From positions 13,888,001 through 13,952,000 of the forward strand of contig OZ249450.1 of assembly GCA_965235115.1 (NCBI GenBank): a stretch of 64,000 nucleotides of DNA. Direction: 5' to 3'. This stretch comes from Laetmonice hystrix. Lineage: Eukaryota. The notes under the pieces are model-generated. The model did not search any database and had not been told where the DNA came from. It saw only the letters and a list, made by a program, of their open reading frames with translations. Shown here in pieces: positions 25,392 through 38,610 of this stretch (within the stretch, counting starts at the first letter, position 1; each line of letters begins with the position of its first letter). Made by a program: the position numbers and the translations under genes.

Positions 25392-27386
25392 ATGCGAGTG
25401 GCACAAGTTCTTGTCAAGAAGCTGTGTGGCCTGATCTTTGGCTTGATTGGCTTCTTCAAACGTCTTGTCTGTCGCATCAAACGTGGGAGGAAGAATTCTG
25501 GAAACATTCTTCCCGTTACAACAGATCATATCGTGACGGCATCTGAGATACAACAGTCGGTGCCATCCAATAACGTCAGTGATAGATTTTGTTATCTTTG
25601 TTATCTTGATGTGACATTGTCATTGACATAGCAGATATCTCATACTAGTCACTTTGGTCACTTGCAAAGTTGAGGTATATTGCTTCTCCTAAAACTGTTA
25701 AAATATTCCAATATATCCCACATGATGTATATGTATCTTTTATCATGATATGATTTGTTTTGTTGTTTAATTTTACAGCAAAAGAGAAACTTTTGACTTG
25801 TTTCAGATTGAGTTGGAATCCTGGGACTCCTGGGGAGGTGAAGACCCTGGTATAACAACCTATCGTGGTAACAAGCCACAGCCGCCAGAACCAGAGCCAG
25901 AGTCAGAGATTGATTTCTTTACTGACATGACTCCTGCTGTTAAAAGTAATCCCAAGGTTAGCAAATCTATTACCACATGTACAGAATATTTAATTTTGTT
26001 TTCCTTTTTTAAGCCGTTGTCAGTTCTAATTAAGAGCCATTTACCCTGACTCAATCTTTGCTGCAATGAAAGTGAACTACAGCACAGAAGTACTGGTACT
26101 TCATACGATTACTTAACACATCAGTATCTGTATATATTTGGAACGCCTTTAATATGAGTTCCTTTTCTTGTGTGTGCAAAATGAGCTTCATCGGCCATCC
26201 CTTTTAATTCACAATACAAGGGTTAGTCAATACTGACTGACCAACACTGTAGCACTGAATGCTCTCAAATGGTCATGGTCAATGGAATCCAATTTCTGCT
26301 GGCAGATTCTTATTCGTAAAAAGGACCTAGGAAACTACACAAGTGGACTGTCAAGTCGCCTGGCTATGACTTCAGACATGGATCTACCCCTGCAGGTAAG
26401 GCCTGTGTCACTGAACACAGTTACTGTATGTGTCATCTCAATCAACAGAAAGGAAATCTGAATCTGAATTCCAATTTTTACATGAATCCCTTGAATGCCT
26501 TAATTTTATTTTCTAGGACTGGAATGTTACAGTTTTAATGGCCAGTGATGAGCCTTCTTTATGGGTCAACTTTGATGACCAATGTTAATTTATATGTAAA
26601 TTTAATGGCCAGTTATCACAATTTTGATGACCATTGTATTTGTCTCTTTGATGACTCTTTAGTATGACCAGCATATGTGATGACCAGATCTTTGTCTGTT
26701 TTGATGACCAGTTATAAGCAATGTTTCAATGTTACTTTTGATGACCAGTGTCATGTATATACCAGGCCGAGTCAGCGTGTTCGACTCTAGTCAATCAGGC
26801 TAGTGGTGTTTCACGCGAACTACCCAGTGTTGTAGCTCTAGTGACGTCATTTGACCTAGTTAGGTCCAACACGATCAACCCACCCCCTTGGCAGGGATCG
26901 CTAGTGTTCCAATATGGCGAAGCTCCCATAAGTCATTGCGAATTGGGGCAGTCAAGGCAAACTCAATGGGCACCGGTGGATAGGAGCGCCAGCGGCCCCT
27001 ATCGAGAGACCCGGAAACCATTGAAACTCTAGCTCGGAACACTAGTCGGTTCATGTGACATGGGTTCATTAACATATTCAAGAGCAACACTAGTGTTCCT
27101 AGAGTTACGCACGCGAACTCGGCCCCTGATGACTCGTTTAAACGTTTAAACACATAGCTTTCTCCCCTACCAGGACGGAGAGCTGGGGACGTGGGAGGAC
27201 AGTGAGAACGCCTGGGGTGAAGAGGTTGGTGAGGACCTCTCGTGGGAAGCCGAGGCTGCCATCAAAGAGAAGCGACGTCTTGAACGCGACCGTCGCCAGC
27301 TGGAGGCACAGCGCAAGCGACAGGAGAAGGAGGCCCTGAGACTGCAGCGTAAAGATGGCGGCTTTGCTGCTGTCAAACTCTCCTGA
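25392..27386 (+). CDS. EBAG9: Receptor-binding cancer antigen EBAG9/RCAS1 homolog (211 aa)
   Basis: Exons 25392-25574, 25807-25956, 26306-26395 and 27174-27386 join in phase 0. N-terminal hydrophobic segment then FFKRLVCRIKRGRKNSG; ESWDSW; DFFTDMTPAVK; SSRLAMT; GTWEDSENAW; C-terminal coiled coil ending VKLS, as in vertebrate EBAG9. Confidence 0.93.
26540..26750. repeat. Degenerate TGATGACCAG repeat tract in the last EBAG9 intron
   Basis: About 8 TGATGAC-like cores at irregular spacing. Confidence 0.5.
26763..27128. mobile_element. hAT-like MITE in an EBAG9 intron
   Basis: Imperfect ~28-bp TIRs: CAGGCCGAGTCAGCGTG...CTCTAG / CTAGAG...CACGCGAACTCGGCCCCTG. Confidence 0.5.
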
Positions 27387-28915
27387 TAGACGATAGGGCG
27401 CAATCTGTACATATGATCATGAATGCACGGATGTTATGATTTAGGGGTTGAACTAAGAGAAGCACATATATATACTAGCACATCAGAATCGGTTATATAT
27501 ACAAATATATTGCAACCTGTTGAGGTGAGGGATTGGGCATGCTCAACAGGCAAAGTGTGGCAATAATGGAACAAAATTTATTCTACTACAACAGCCATGC
27601 AACAATGTAAATAGGTTCACTAGGAACTGTTTGAAACTCCAGAATTTTCATCGGTTATTATAGTCGTGCGTGGTGGAAATATTTTTATGCAGACCTTCCT
27701 ACCAAGTGTTCGGAATATCTGGATTCCTTGGCACCTTTGACATTTAAATATCACTCGCCTTTTAGACATCCCTACGTTTTCATTATCAGCATTCAAGATA
27801 ATATGCCTTTTATCCTTGTAATAGTTTGTTCTCGTCTCAATGAATGAAAGTCAAGAGCATCATGATAAAATGAACATACAAATACCAATTCGTGGAAACA
27901 ATCCCAAAACAATTGTTGTGGACATTGTAAATATTCTGTTGTTCGCGACAGCATTTTTGTATGGTCGCTCCATGATTAGTGAAAATACATGTATGTACTA
28001 CGTAGGTGCCGGAAAATATTCTCAACTTGGGAGGGGGAAAGGAAAAGCCAACTCCAGCTGAAAAGTTTGGTGGTGGAGGAGGAGGGGGGGGGGGACAGGT
28101 TCCGGCGCCTATGACGTACCGCAAGAAGAGGGAAGGTGCAGGGCAGGGTGGAACGAATCTGTACATGTACATGTACTTTTAGGAGAGACTGTAAGGAAAC
28201 CATAAACTAGAAGATCTGCAGCCCAAGCCCAGATTTCTCTAAGAACGTATGTTGAATGGTTGTACTTAGTTTTTCTTTTTCAATAAATGATACGATGAAT
28301 ATGTGAAGGTATATTTATCTTGCTACACAAGAATAAAAAGTAGGCTACAAAGAGGCGTCACGAAGGAGATATCCTGATGCAAACTGCCGTTGTTTAACTC
28401 GCACCCATTGTCATTGTTTGCCGGGATGTTATCATGGTCGTAGAGACGTTCTCAGAATGCATGCGACCAATCTCTTTCTACATTATTAACAGTTATGCTG
28501 TGTGACATTATATTTTCAGTCATCTTTAAGAGGAGAGAAAGGGTAGAACTGAAGGAAGGAAAACTCCACTTTTATGTAGTTTGGCAGAAGAAACAAAGAA
28601 ATCAGTTGTATCGACCTTGACACTGGATTAATGTTGTACGTCATTAGACCTAGACAGCGGTCGCTCTGGGATAAGAATTCAGTGTATGTTTAGAGGAATT
28701 CGATTTTATGACAAGTTCAGGTAGGATAGATTTTCGAATGATTTTCAAATGCCATCAACTCGATAGCATGGCAAAGACGGGAGCTGACATCTGACACAGT
28801 GAGATGCTTGCCTCCTGTATAACTTGCCTAAACCACGCCGTATTGGGGGATAACATAGCTGTGCCGATATGTTCTGCGTAATGCCAACGTTAGGTGTTTG
28901 CCACACCCAAGGGAC

Positions 28916-29070
28916 CTGGGCCCAGTTTTTTTTAAATTCACAACTAGAGTAAAGCTTACTTAAGTAAACTAACAGGCTTTTGATTGGCTGGATTCGCCAA
29001 TCAGAAGCCTGATGGCTTACTTTTAAGTAAGCTTTACTCAAGTTGTGAATTTTTGAAAAACTATGCCCAG
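28916..29070. mobile_element. 155-bp palindromic (hairpin) MITE, Harbinger-like ends
   Basis: ~73-bp arms pair along their whole length (CTGGGCCCAGTTTTT...GATTGGC / GCCAATC...AAAAACTATGCCCAG) around a 7-nt loop. Confidence 0.75.
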
Positions 29071-32000
29071 TTGTGTAATTTTGTTTTTATCTATTATGAT
29101 TATGATTTATTATGATTATGAGTTATTATGGCAAATGAATTGGAATCTGAAAGGGAAGATCATGGACTCGGCCCCAGACGCAGGTCGCAGTGTGTGTTGG
29201 TATTACGTACGTTGATGTACAGTATATCGAAAATGTATGGGGCTGGTCGGTTGCTTGACGCTCTAAGATATTTTGTTCGCATGGGGTTATTAGGAATATA
29301 CTTTAAAACAGCCTGTTGCATTTTGTGGAGCACCCGTTTAGAGTACATTCGTGGCATTTTGTCGCGTGGAAGACGTCTGACGCTTCGCATGCGACAGCTG
29401 TCTCAAAAATTAGACCGTGGCGGAATAGGTAATGCATCGCCTGCGAAAACCGTCGCGTCGCCTTGGCACATGTAATGTCGCCTGCCGAGAGAGGTGTGTA
29501 CGGGGTCCGTCCACGTAATAAACTCATGAGGGGGTTGTAGACGGATATATACAAGAAGTGGTACAATTATATAGAGGAAGTGACTAAAAGTGTTTTTGTA
29601 AAGCTACATGTAATTTATGTGAGGGTCACTGTACACCGTAATATAGCGTGGAATGGTTGCGTGATGGTATGATTGGATTATGAATGGGTGATAGCAAACG
29701 ATATGTTTGTGACAAGTGTTTATGCACTGACATTTATATGTGACCAGTGTGACCAAGGTTAACTATGTACAGACAGAATTAAAACATGTTTTCATTCTTT
29801 TGAACGTGTGGTAGTATTTGTACGTGTGTCTCACTATTTACTTAACTGCGATGCATTCTAGAGAATGTGTTGCAGGCAGGACCCAAGTATGTGTCGGATA
29901 TTGCGATGGAATTCCGTCTAAATGATGTTCTTTCTAGAGCATTTTCTTCCTTCGTGAGTAATTCGCCGTGTCTGCAGGCAGGGTATGTCCTTAGTCTGTT
30001 TCTGTTCCAGTAGATTTCGTAATCGGTGAAGACGACAACGACAGTTCCATATGATCTATTGGCCTATATTGGTGTAAATTCAGTGCGGTTTGCTGATGTG
30101 CTCGCATGTTAGTAGTATATGGAAAGGGTGCTTTGTGTACACCCAAAATGACCGACCACAATTCACAGCTATGCGTTAGCACGAGTTAGGGTGCTAATTC
30201 CTTTTCACGCTATGGCCCTTAAGGTGAAAACCCATTACAGATATCCTATACTTAATTTGTGCCTTCCTTCCTGTTCAGCTGTTTCTACCAGGTGGCGCGC
30301 CACGGGATGATGTGGCGGTGTGTCCAAATACTGTCTGGCTAATCGGCACTCTTTCCCCCCACTTATCTTTTTCTTCGATATCGGTTCAGTAGGCCCCCTG
30401 TGCAATGTAGTATAGATGCATGAAGGGTGTATTTACTTGTAGGTACATTTTGTGCATTGTTTCATTACAATTACAGGGCAATTCTGCCCTGTATACATCC
30501 TCGGCAAATACCAGCTATACATACCAGCTATACATTCATGCCATTTCTGCCTTGGCATTGGCATTGTGATTTAGTGCGGCCTATATCCAGGAATCAATAC
30601 AATGTAGGTCGTAGTATTGTTTGCATGTCTTCATTGTATTATTTGAAGCTTGTGATAGTATAGATCTAAACCACCGGCGCGATGTTTGTAAATGACGTCA
30701 CCATTAAGACCTAGTCGTGTAGTCCCCCCCCCCTTGATTTTGAAGGTGCAAACTGTGATCACCAAACGGATCAATGCAGGTAGTAGGACAGGGCGTGACA
30801 CAGTCGCACAAACCGGCAAGTATTATATCCGTGTCATAGGGCGTACCACGGTACAGTTGAATGCACGTACTACTGTGTAGGCCATGTGCGCGTAGCGTCT
30901 CCCACGCGCGTGCCGCCCCGAGCGGAGCATTTCTAAATCATGACAATCGATCAATAATCTACCTTCCACTGAGCACGCGTGCTCTCGCCAAAACGAGGCT
31001 GGCATCCTTCGGAGGAGAATGGCTACCGTCCTGGTGGTTGGGACCAGTCAGCCGATCCGCCTGCTGCCGGGAATCTAGCTTGTATCTAGCTTTCATTGAG
31101 ATCAGGAGTTCGTTGCAATATCGGCTGTCTCGATACCTGTGATATGACGACAGATTGGAGGTAGGTACGAATTAACGGGGGGAAAGGTGCAACTCAATCT
31201 GCCATGTGCACTGACTGCTGGTGTGGCCAGATGCCATTGCAGTCAGCAGCTGCTGATGTTCCCGATGGCATCTGGTTGTGTATGAGGGTTTTATTGTACC
31301 CATCCTGCATGGTCTGTGGGAAGATGGCCTGAAATCAGTGGCCTACCAGCATACTTGTATTGATTCATCAGGAATCAGTATACACAAATACAATACCTAA
31401 CATTTCAGAGTCGTGCTTTATTTATTTGTGTGGTATTATTTTATTGCTATAGGCCCATATATATGTTCACTCCTTAAAGGAAAATGATACTTACACTGAA
31501 GACGACGTGTAAACGTTTTGTGTGTGTAAATAAGACCCATGGACAAAATAATGACGTGACCATTGGGGTCATCCATAAAGTACCTACATATACGGTGGGG
31601 GCTGGGGTTCCAGACCAAAGGTACAGGGGGCGTACAGGGAATGGGGGGTCGAAAATCTGGAATTTTTAGTGCATATACTTTATATGGATGGTCCCATTGC
31701 TGATGGACGTAATGGTACGTGTATATTATGTATGCTCGTGAATGAAGGCTAAGCCCAAAACACAATGCAGGTGGTGGGTGACCTATACACAAATACTGGC
31801 CATCAGTATTGCAACATTGAAAAACGCATCAACATCCAGTCTGAAGAACTGCGTTACGATAATTTAAACCATTTCCTTTACACTATACTCAAGACGTCTT
31901 GAAAGTGCACTGACCGAAAGTATTTTTTTCTGGTCTTGCCAGGATGCCCTTCAATACTTTGTCGGGTAACCACGTGACCTGATAATTGCGCGAATCGGTC

Positions 32001-32432
32001 ATAACAATCTGACAATCCGCATGGAGACGCCAGACCCCTGCCATTGCAACAACATGAAAACATGGGAATTTGATTTTCAACCTGACATTTCTTATAGATT
32101 TGCGCCTTTTGCCCCCTCCCCCTCCCCCTCCACTTGCTATGGCTACGCCCCTGCTATACGTATACCTACAGGTACACCACTATACACGTACGTGGATAAT
32201 TTTCGAAAAGGATATCTGTTATCTATTCGCAAACTTCAGACCCGTATAATTAAATTTTATTGCCCCTTTGTCAACGTATTACATCAAATAATTTGATTGA
32301 TAGCTGTCCAGATCAGTCGGAACTGATCGTTCATGAACTATAATTTCAGGTGAAGTCCACAAATCCAGAACACCCCCATGATGTCCGTGGCCACGACAAA
32401 GTGGCCTTGAACCCTGTGGCTGAGTTCGCGCC

Positions 32433-35110
32433 ATGAGCGCCAAGGAGATCGATCCATCGGAGGGAGCCGTGGCCTGTCGGGAGGGTCCGGAGGAGGTCTG
32501 TCTGAACCCGGACAGCCTGGAGGACATTCCGTCGGCTATGGTCAGGAGCGAAGAACTCCCAGCTAGCGTCAGCGAGGTTTTCTACGACTCAATGAGCAGA
32601 TCGGCGACAGGGCGCTCCAAGGGGGGCAGTCCGGCACACTGCGCCTCGGGGTCGGGCGTCCGCCGGGCCGCCTCCGTCACCGGCGCCAGCAATGAGGACT
32701 TCCGCGACTATCTTGTCGCCGGCCACATGTCGCCGACGATCGCATCGCGGCGACGGCGTCACCACCACAGTGACACTGAGAGTATCTTGTACATGAATCG
32801 GAGGCGGAGTAAAGAAAAAGATAAAGACACTATTAGCTTGCCATGTTCCATGAGTAAACCCACCCCAAGGGAGAACCGCGCCTGTCGCAAGCGAATCGAA
32901 CTGTCGCATCGCAACCATTTGGACTTTCCGCACGAACACTACCACGATCACCCTCACGATCACCACCATCACCACAACCATAGCCACAGACATCACGAGA
33001 CGAACAACCACAGTCAAAGCAACAGTCACGGTCATAGTCACGGCCAAAGTCACGCCCAGAACCACAACCATGGGCACAACCACACTAGCAGCCACAACGC
33101 GGGGCCATCCCAGAAGACAGGTCATGGCCATGGTTACGCCAGCGAAGTAAGCGCCGAAGACTACCTTACCCCTCTTCAAAGGAAAGACCACGTAATACGA
33201 GCCCTCAAGGAAGAGCTAAAGAAAGCTCAAAAGACCATTCAAGACCAGGCTGCTGAGCTGGAACAGTTGAAGAACAGCAAAACCGATCTAGAACGAGTAA
33301 TACAGATGAAAACGTTAGAAATAGAGCGAATAAAAGAGGGCAAGAACATGGAAATTGGGCGTCTTCAGGAAAAAATGGTAAACCTCATGGAGGGGCGTAG
33401 TGTGGAAGGAGAGGAAATGAAAGCCAAGATAAGCGAACTAAACGAATTGATTCGGGACCGTGAGAGTCAGGCTGAGAAGGTGCTTGCTGACAAGTCCAAC
33501 GAGCTTCAAGAGCTGAGAGAGAAGGTAGAGGAGCTCGAGTTCAACTATGACGAGCTGATCCACGTGTACGAGGAGGCGGAGGGCAACGCCCAGGTCATCG
33601 AGAAGGAGTGCCAGAGTCTGCGAGTGAGTATAAAGAAAAAAAAGCCTATTTTATACAAGGGCGGATTTGGGATTTTGGAAGATTCAAATCTATACTGTGA
33701 GAATGGCGTTTAGAGTTTAAACACATTTCTTGTCCCCACTTTTTTAACACATCATTGGTCTAAACATGTCAAAAACACTAGTCTTGAATTAATTAATATT
33801 AATATCCGAGAAAAAAGGAAGAGAAATTGATGGCGGGGGGCTACCCCCCTTGATTTTCAATAAACCGCATTTTTTAGTTTAAGTTATGAAAATACATTAT
33901 ATTCATCCGTTTCACTCTGTTAGACGAAGTGCACGTTATCATCAAACATGTAATACAACATGATAAACAGAATGGTCTGTGTAATAATGATGGTATACAT
34001 ACTAACCCTGGGACACATCCTGCTGGTTTGTCTGTGTGCAAGGTGTCCGCCGATGTTGACACTGATGATGTTTTTGGTTGCGTGCATGCAGGATGAGATG
34101 GACCGCCGGGACATCGAGCACCAGGACATGTACCTGGCCATGTTCCAGAAGGGCAAACAGTGCCATAACTTTGAGCGCCAGGAGGAGGTGGGTATAAACT
34201 TTATGTTATGAACGACACAACACTCCAGTTTCCATTATAATATATTTGTAAATGTCATAGGCCTACATAGCTCGTTATATCTGCAAGTTTTATGGGTATA
34301 TCGTTAAGGGGCAGACCATTAAATACGTTGGGCTATGGTTTAAAAAAATATCTATTCACCAAACACAGAAAAAAATATAGTTTGTTCATAAAACTACATA
34401 AAAAAAATAGTTTGTTCCATATATAAAAAAAATATATAGTATGGTCGAAATGGGGAAAAAATAGTTTGATTAATGGTCATAGCGGAAAAGAAAGATAGCA
34501 TCGGCCTGGGGGCAAAAAAACGTTTGCTCATAAAGAAAAATCATAGCCCCCCTCCCCCGCAGAATCAATGGTCCGCCCCCAAAGCCATGTACATTATATT
34601 TTGAGGAAATCTGCACTATATATCACCCTTAAGACCTGGGCGAAGATTTTAATGGTTCTGTCTATGTTTCAGCTTGAAAATCTCGGTCGTGAAGATCCAA
34701 ACACAGTCATGGTTGGCGAGTTAATCGAGAAACTTGAGAACACCGAATCGAAACTTGGGCGTTGGCAGACGATCAAAACAGTGGAGATCTACGCGGACGC
34801 CACCAATCGGCCGGAGTCGGAAGCAGACGCTCGGCTCCGCTTTCTGCGAGATTCCCTCTTTCATTACATCATGGACCCGCCCAACGCTTTCCAACACCTG
34901 CGGGCCATGGCTGGAATTGTGGACTTCACCCACGCACAACGAGAGCAGGTGGATAAGGTCCTCGTGCAAAAAGAGAAAGGAGTTATGAAAGGCGTCAAAG
35001 ATAAACTAACGGAGAAAAAAAAGGTTGTCCAGTTTGTCTTCAAGGAGAAGAGAGAGGAAGTGATGGACAAAATAAGGGAAAGGCGCATGCGTCGTAATAG
35101 CCATCATTAG
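32433..35110 (+). CDS. qtc: Quick-to-court-like GRIP-domain coiled-coil protein (574 aa) with a His-rich tract
   Basis: Exons 32433-33623, 34092-34187 and 34673-35110 join in phase 0, with an in-frame stop upstream of the ATG. Contains LTPLQRKDHVIRALKEEL, a long coiled coil, EHQDMYLAMFQKGKQCHNFE and a C-terminal GRIP-like RLRFLRDSLFHYIMD...HLRAMAGIVDFTHAQREQV. The family assignment is from recall, not a search. Confidence 0.75.
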
Positions 35111-37259
35111 TAGGTTTAATGTATCTCCCTTTGTGTTGTACACACGGGGGCGTTGGTTGTGTTATATTTATATAGTAAGAAAATGGTTATATTTGACTAT
35201 TTGACTGAAGAGCAGTGCCGCCAGACTTGGTCCCTGTACATTATACCCTGAATACTTCTGTCCAGGAAACAGGGATATAATAATATGTATAATTATGAAC
35301 GAGCTATTATAAAGTTCTTAGGCCTATGTATTACGTAGAGGTCTGCACAGTGTTATTGGACTTGTTTGAAATCGAAATGTTCAGTTTGGGAGAACAGCAG
35401 TTCGGTTCAGGTCGCGGCAGCGATGTTTAGAGAGATAGTACATCTTGTAGATCGGTGACTCGCTGCCATTTGTTCTGCTAAGAAGTGTTCATGAAAGTTA
35501 GTTTATTTATAAAAAAAAAAATCCTATAGATTCAAAATAATGGCATATTTGTGGTTCAATCCGTGTTTTACCGCGCGGTACGATATACATTTATACGTAT
35601 TATGTATGTATACAATTCCTTGATAACTATTACAAGGGCAAACGTTTTTACGCTATAGGGCCCCTTTAGTCTGTATCGCACGTTTTACCACAAAGTTTTT
35701 CTTGAGCTGCACTGTGAAATTCTTCATTAGATGTTAAAGTCATGGTTGGTATTTCAAATTGAAGCGTATATCTTAGGTGAACCAATTAATAAACCTAAGC
35801 AAATGTAATAATTAATAGAACGGTATGGGCAATGGGCCCAGGCCTACCCCAGTTTGATTACAGAACAAAATTGAAATACTACAAAACTTTTAATAGTTAC
35901 TATTACATACGATCAGTCATAAAAGTCTGTAGGTTTAGAGGAAAAGGGAATTTATTATTCGAACTCAAATACCTTCCCTAATGGTCCCTAAAGGTTTTCA
36001 AAAATTAACCTTCCTCAAATTTCTTTCTATACTTTGAGGTATAGTTAATTGAGTGTTGGTTGCCATTCAGTTAGACTTTTATTGCTCAGTTCCATAATTT
36101 CGGCAACACATACCTACTGTTCAAGACGTATATACAGTACATGTATATATAATAGTTACATGCGCAGCATAGAGCTGTACAAACACTTGACTCTGCTATG
36201 GTATATAAATATATACGTGGATAAAGGACTCACTGCAAATGTGAAACGCCATTCAATGCCAAAACTTACACGCAGTAATTACTTTAATTACCGGGTACGA
36301 GGCCTGCTGGATTGCGGTGTGTTTTTCGTGTAGAAAATTGCACAAGCCCTAATATTTGCGGTCCGCCCATAAGTGCTCTGGTTGGCTGGTTATATTGCTA
36401 TCTATAGCTAATCAGATAGCCATTTAAAAAAGCTCAAGGAATGATCTTGAAAACTGAAAGGTATTACCATGGCAACGGGTGTTTTAAATTGATACTGGAT
36501 GGCTGGGTTACTTCGAAGTAATACATGATAGCACAATTATTAGTCTATAGTATATAGGCATATTGGTTTACGCTAAAGATCGACCAGACGGTACACAACA
36601 GCCACATCTATAGGTAGAGCATTCTCCACGAAATTCTATTAATTGGTCCAGAGGATGGTCGCAGAATGTTGTTCTCCACATTTCTAAACTAAACTCAGAG
36701 CCAAGTTATACGAGTAGGCTGCCTATACTGTATGCACACCTTATAATAACTGGGTTTTCATCAAGTGACAAATCGGAGATTGTTATGTAGTAATTCGGAT
36801 AGTTGATTTGTCAACTGAGAACAATTAGGATAACGTTTTGTGTTGAAAGTAAGGCCTAAGCAAATTTATATTCTTTATAGGCCCTCGTAAATATCCTGGA
36901 AAGGATTTTAAGCACCAAAGTTCTGCATTTATAAGCGACCGCGGCTGTTCGTTCTACTGTCCGACGTGCAACCCTTCCCGAGGGGGACTCTTCGGTATGG
37001 AACTTATTCCTCAATAATAAAAAGAGTATTGAAGCAACTTCAGTTGGCACGTACTTTGTCATATTTTACTGAATTCTGGGCCTAAAGTCGCACTTGTAGG
37101 CACCGGCAGGATCATGGTGCCCAAATTCTACTGGATTTGCCAGGGGGTGTCGCCACTATATATAGGCCTCCAGAGCCAGATGAAAGCGGCGGGGGGGGGG
37201 GGGCATTAGATCTAAGCAACTATCCTGATAACGCACACACACAGTCACGTCGGTAAAAC

Positions 37260-38580
37260 TTTGGGCCAACGTCAGCGGCTACGTTGGGACAACGTCAGAT
37301 GCCAACAATTACATTGGACCAAGGTCATTTTGCTCATTGGGCCCATGTTGGGCCACCAGTTGGGCGAACGTTGAAACGTTGAAATTGGCCCAACGTGCCT
37401 ACAAACGTTGAGCCAACGTCAGATGCCCGACGTTGGACCAACAACATTTTGCTCATTGGGCCCACGTTGGGGATCCAAATTGGTGTTTTCTATATTGGGT
37501 TGTTTAAAGACAAAATATAATCTCTACGTCCCTATCTTGTTCTTTTCACAATCAACGAAAAAATAAAGTGTAATTTTACACAATGAATACCTGTTCTTGT
37601 ATTACGAGCGAATGACTTGAAGTCATTTTGGACTGTGTTTGAGAGTCTAGTCAATCTCACTGATAACAGCGGCACCTAGCCCCTGCTATAGGTAGAGAAG
37701 AATTCCAACGTTGGGCCAACATTGGTGTTCCAACTGGGTTCAAACAAAGAGGGTGGCAATAGTACTGACTTAATGCCAACATTGGCCCAACGTGGGTGTT
37801 CCAACCGGGTTCCAACAAAGAGGGTGGCGACAGTTTTGACTAAATACCAACGTTGGGCCAATATTGGTGTTCCAACCGGGTTCCAACAAAGAGGGTGGCG
37901 ACAGTTTTGACTAAATACCAACGTTGGGCCAATATTGGTGTTCCAACCGGATTCCAACAAAGAGGCTGGCGACAGTGCTGACTAGATACCAACGTTGGGT
38001 CAACATGGATGTTCAAACTGGGGTCCAACAAAGAGTGTGGCAATAGTGCTGACTAAATTCCAACGTTGGGCTAACATGGGTGTTCCAGCCGGGTTCCAAC
38101 AAAGAGGGTGGCGACAGTGCTGAACAAATACAAACGTTGGGCCAACATGGATGTTCCAACCGGGTTCCAACAAAGAGGGTGGCGACAGTGCTGACTACCA
38201 ACAAAGAGGGTGGAAACAGTACTGACTAACTGCCAACATTGGGTCAACTTGGGTGTTCCAACCGGGTTCCAACAAAGAGGGTGTCGACAATGCTAAATTC
38301 CAACGTTGGGCCAACATTATATGGGTGTTCCAACCGGGTTTCAACTCTATGGCTGGCGACAGTGCTGAATAAATACCAACATTATTGGACCATGCAATAT
38401 GGATGTTCCAACTGGATTCCAACAGGTGGTGACAGTGTTGACAAAATTCCAACGTTGGGCCAACGTACATGGGTGTTCCAATCGGCTTCCAACAAAGAGG
38501 GTGGCAATATAGTAGGCCTACTTACTAAATGCCAACATTGGGCCAACGTGGCGTTCCAACCAGGTTCCAACTATACGAGG
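37260..38580. repeat. Degenerate ~71-bp tandem repeat (~12 copies, 37700-38580) plus a related CCAACGTTGG-rich tract upstream
   Basis: Period of 71 between TCCAACAAAGAGGGTGGCGACAG anchors (37811, 37882). Units carry the 10-bp palindrome CCAACGTTGG or variants of it. Confidence 0.85.
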
Positions 38581-38610
38581 GTGCTGACAGAGTTGACTAT
38601 AGGCATATAG

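Noticed and set aside
32589-33191. 200-aa Val/Met-rich minus-strand ORF resembling a membrane protein
   Set aside because: Antisense of the His-rich (CAC/CAT) exon of the qtc-like gene.
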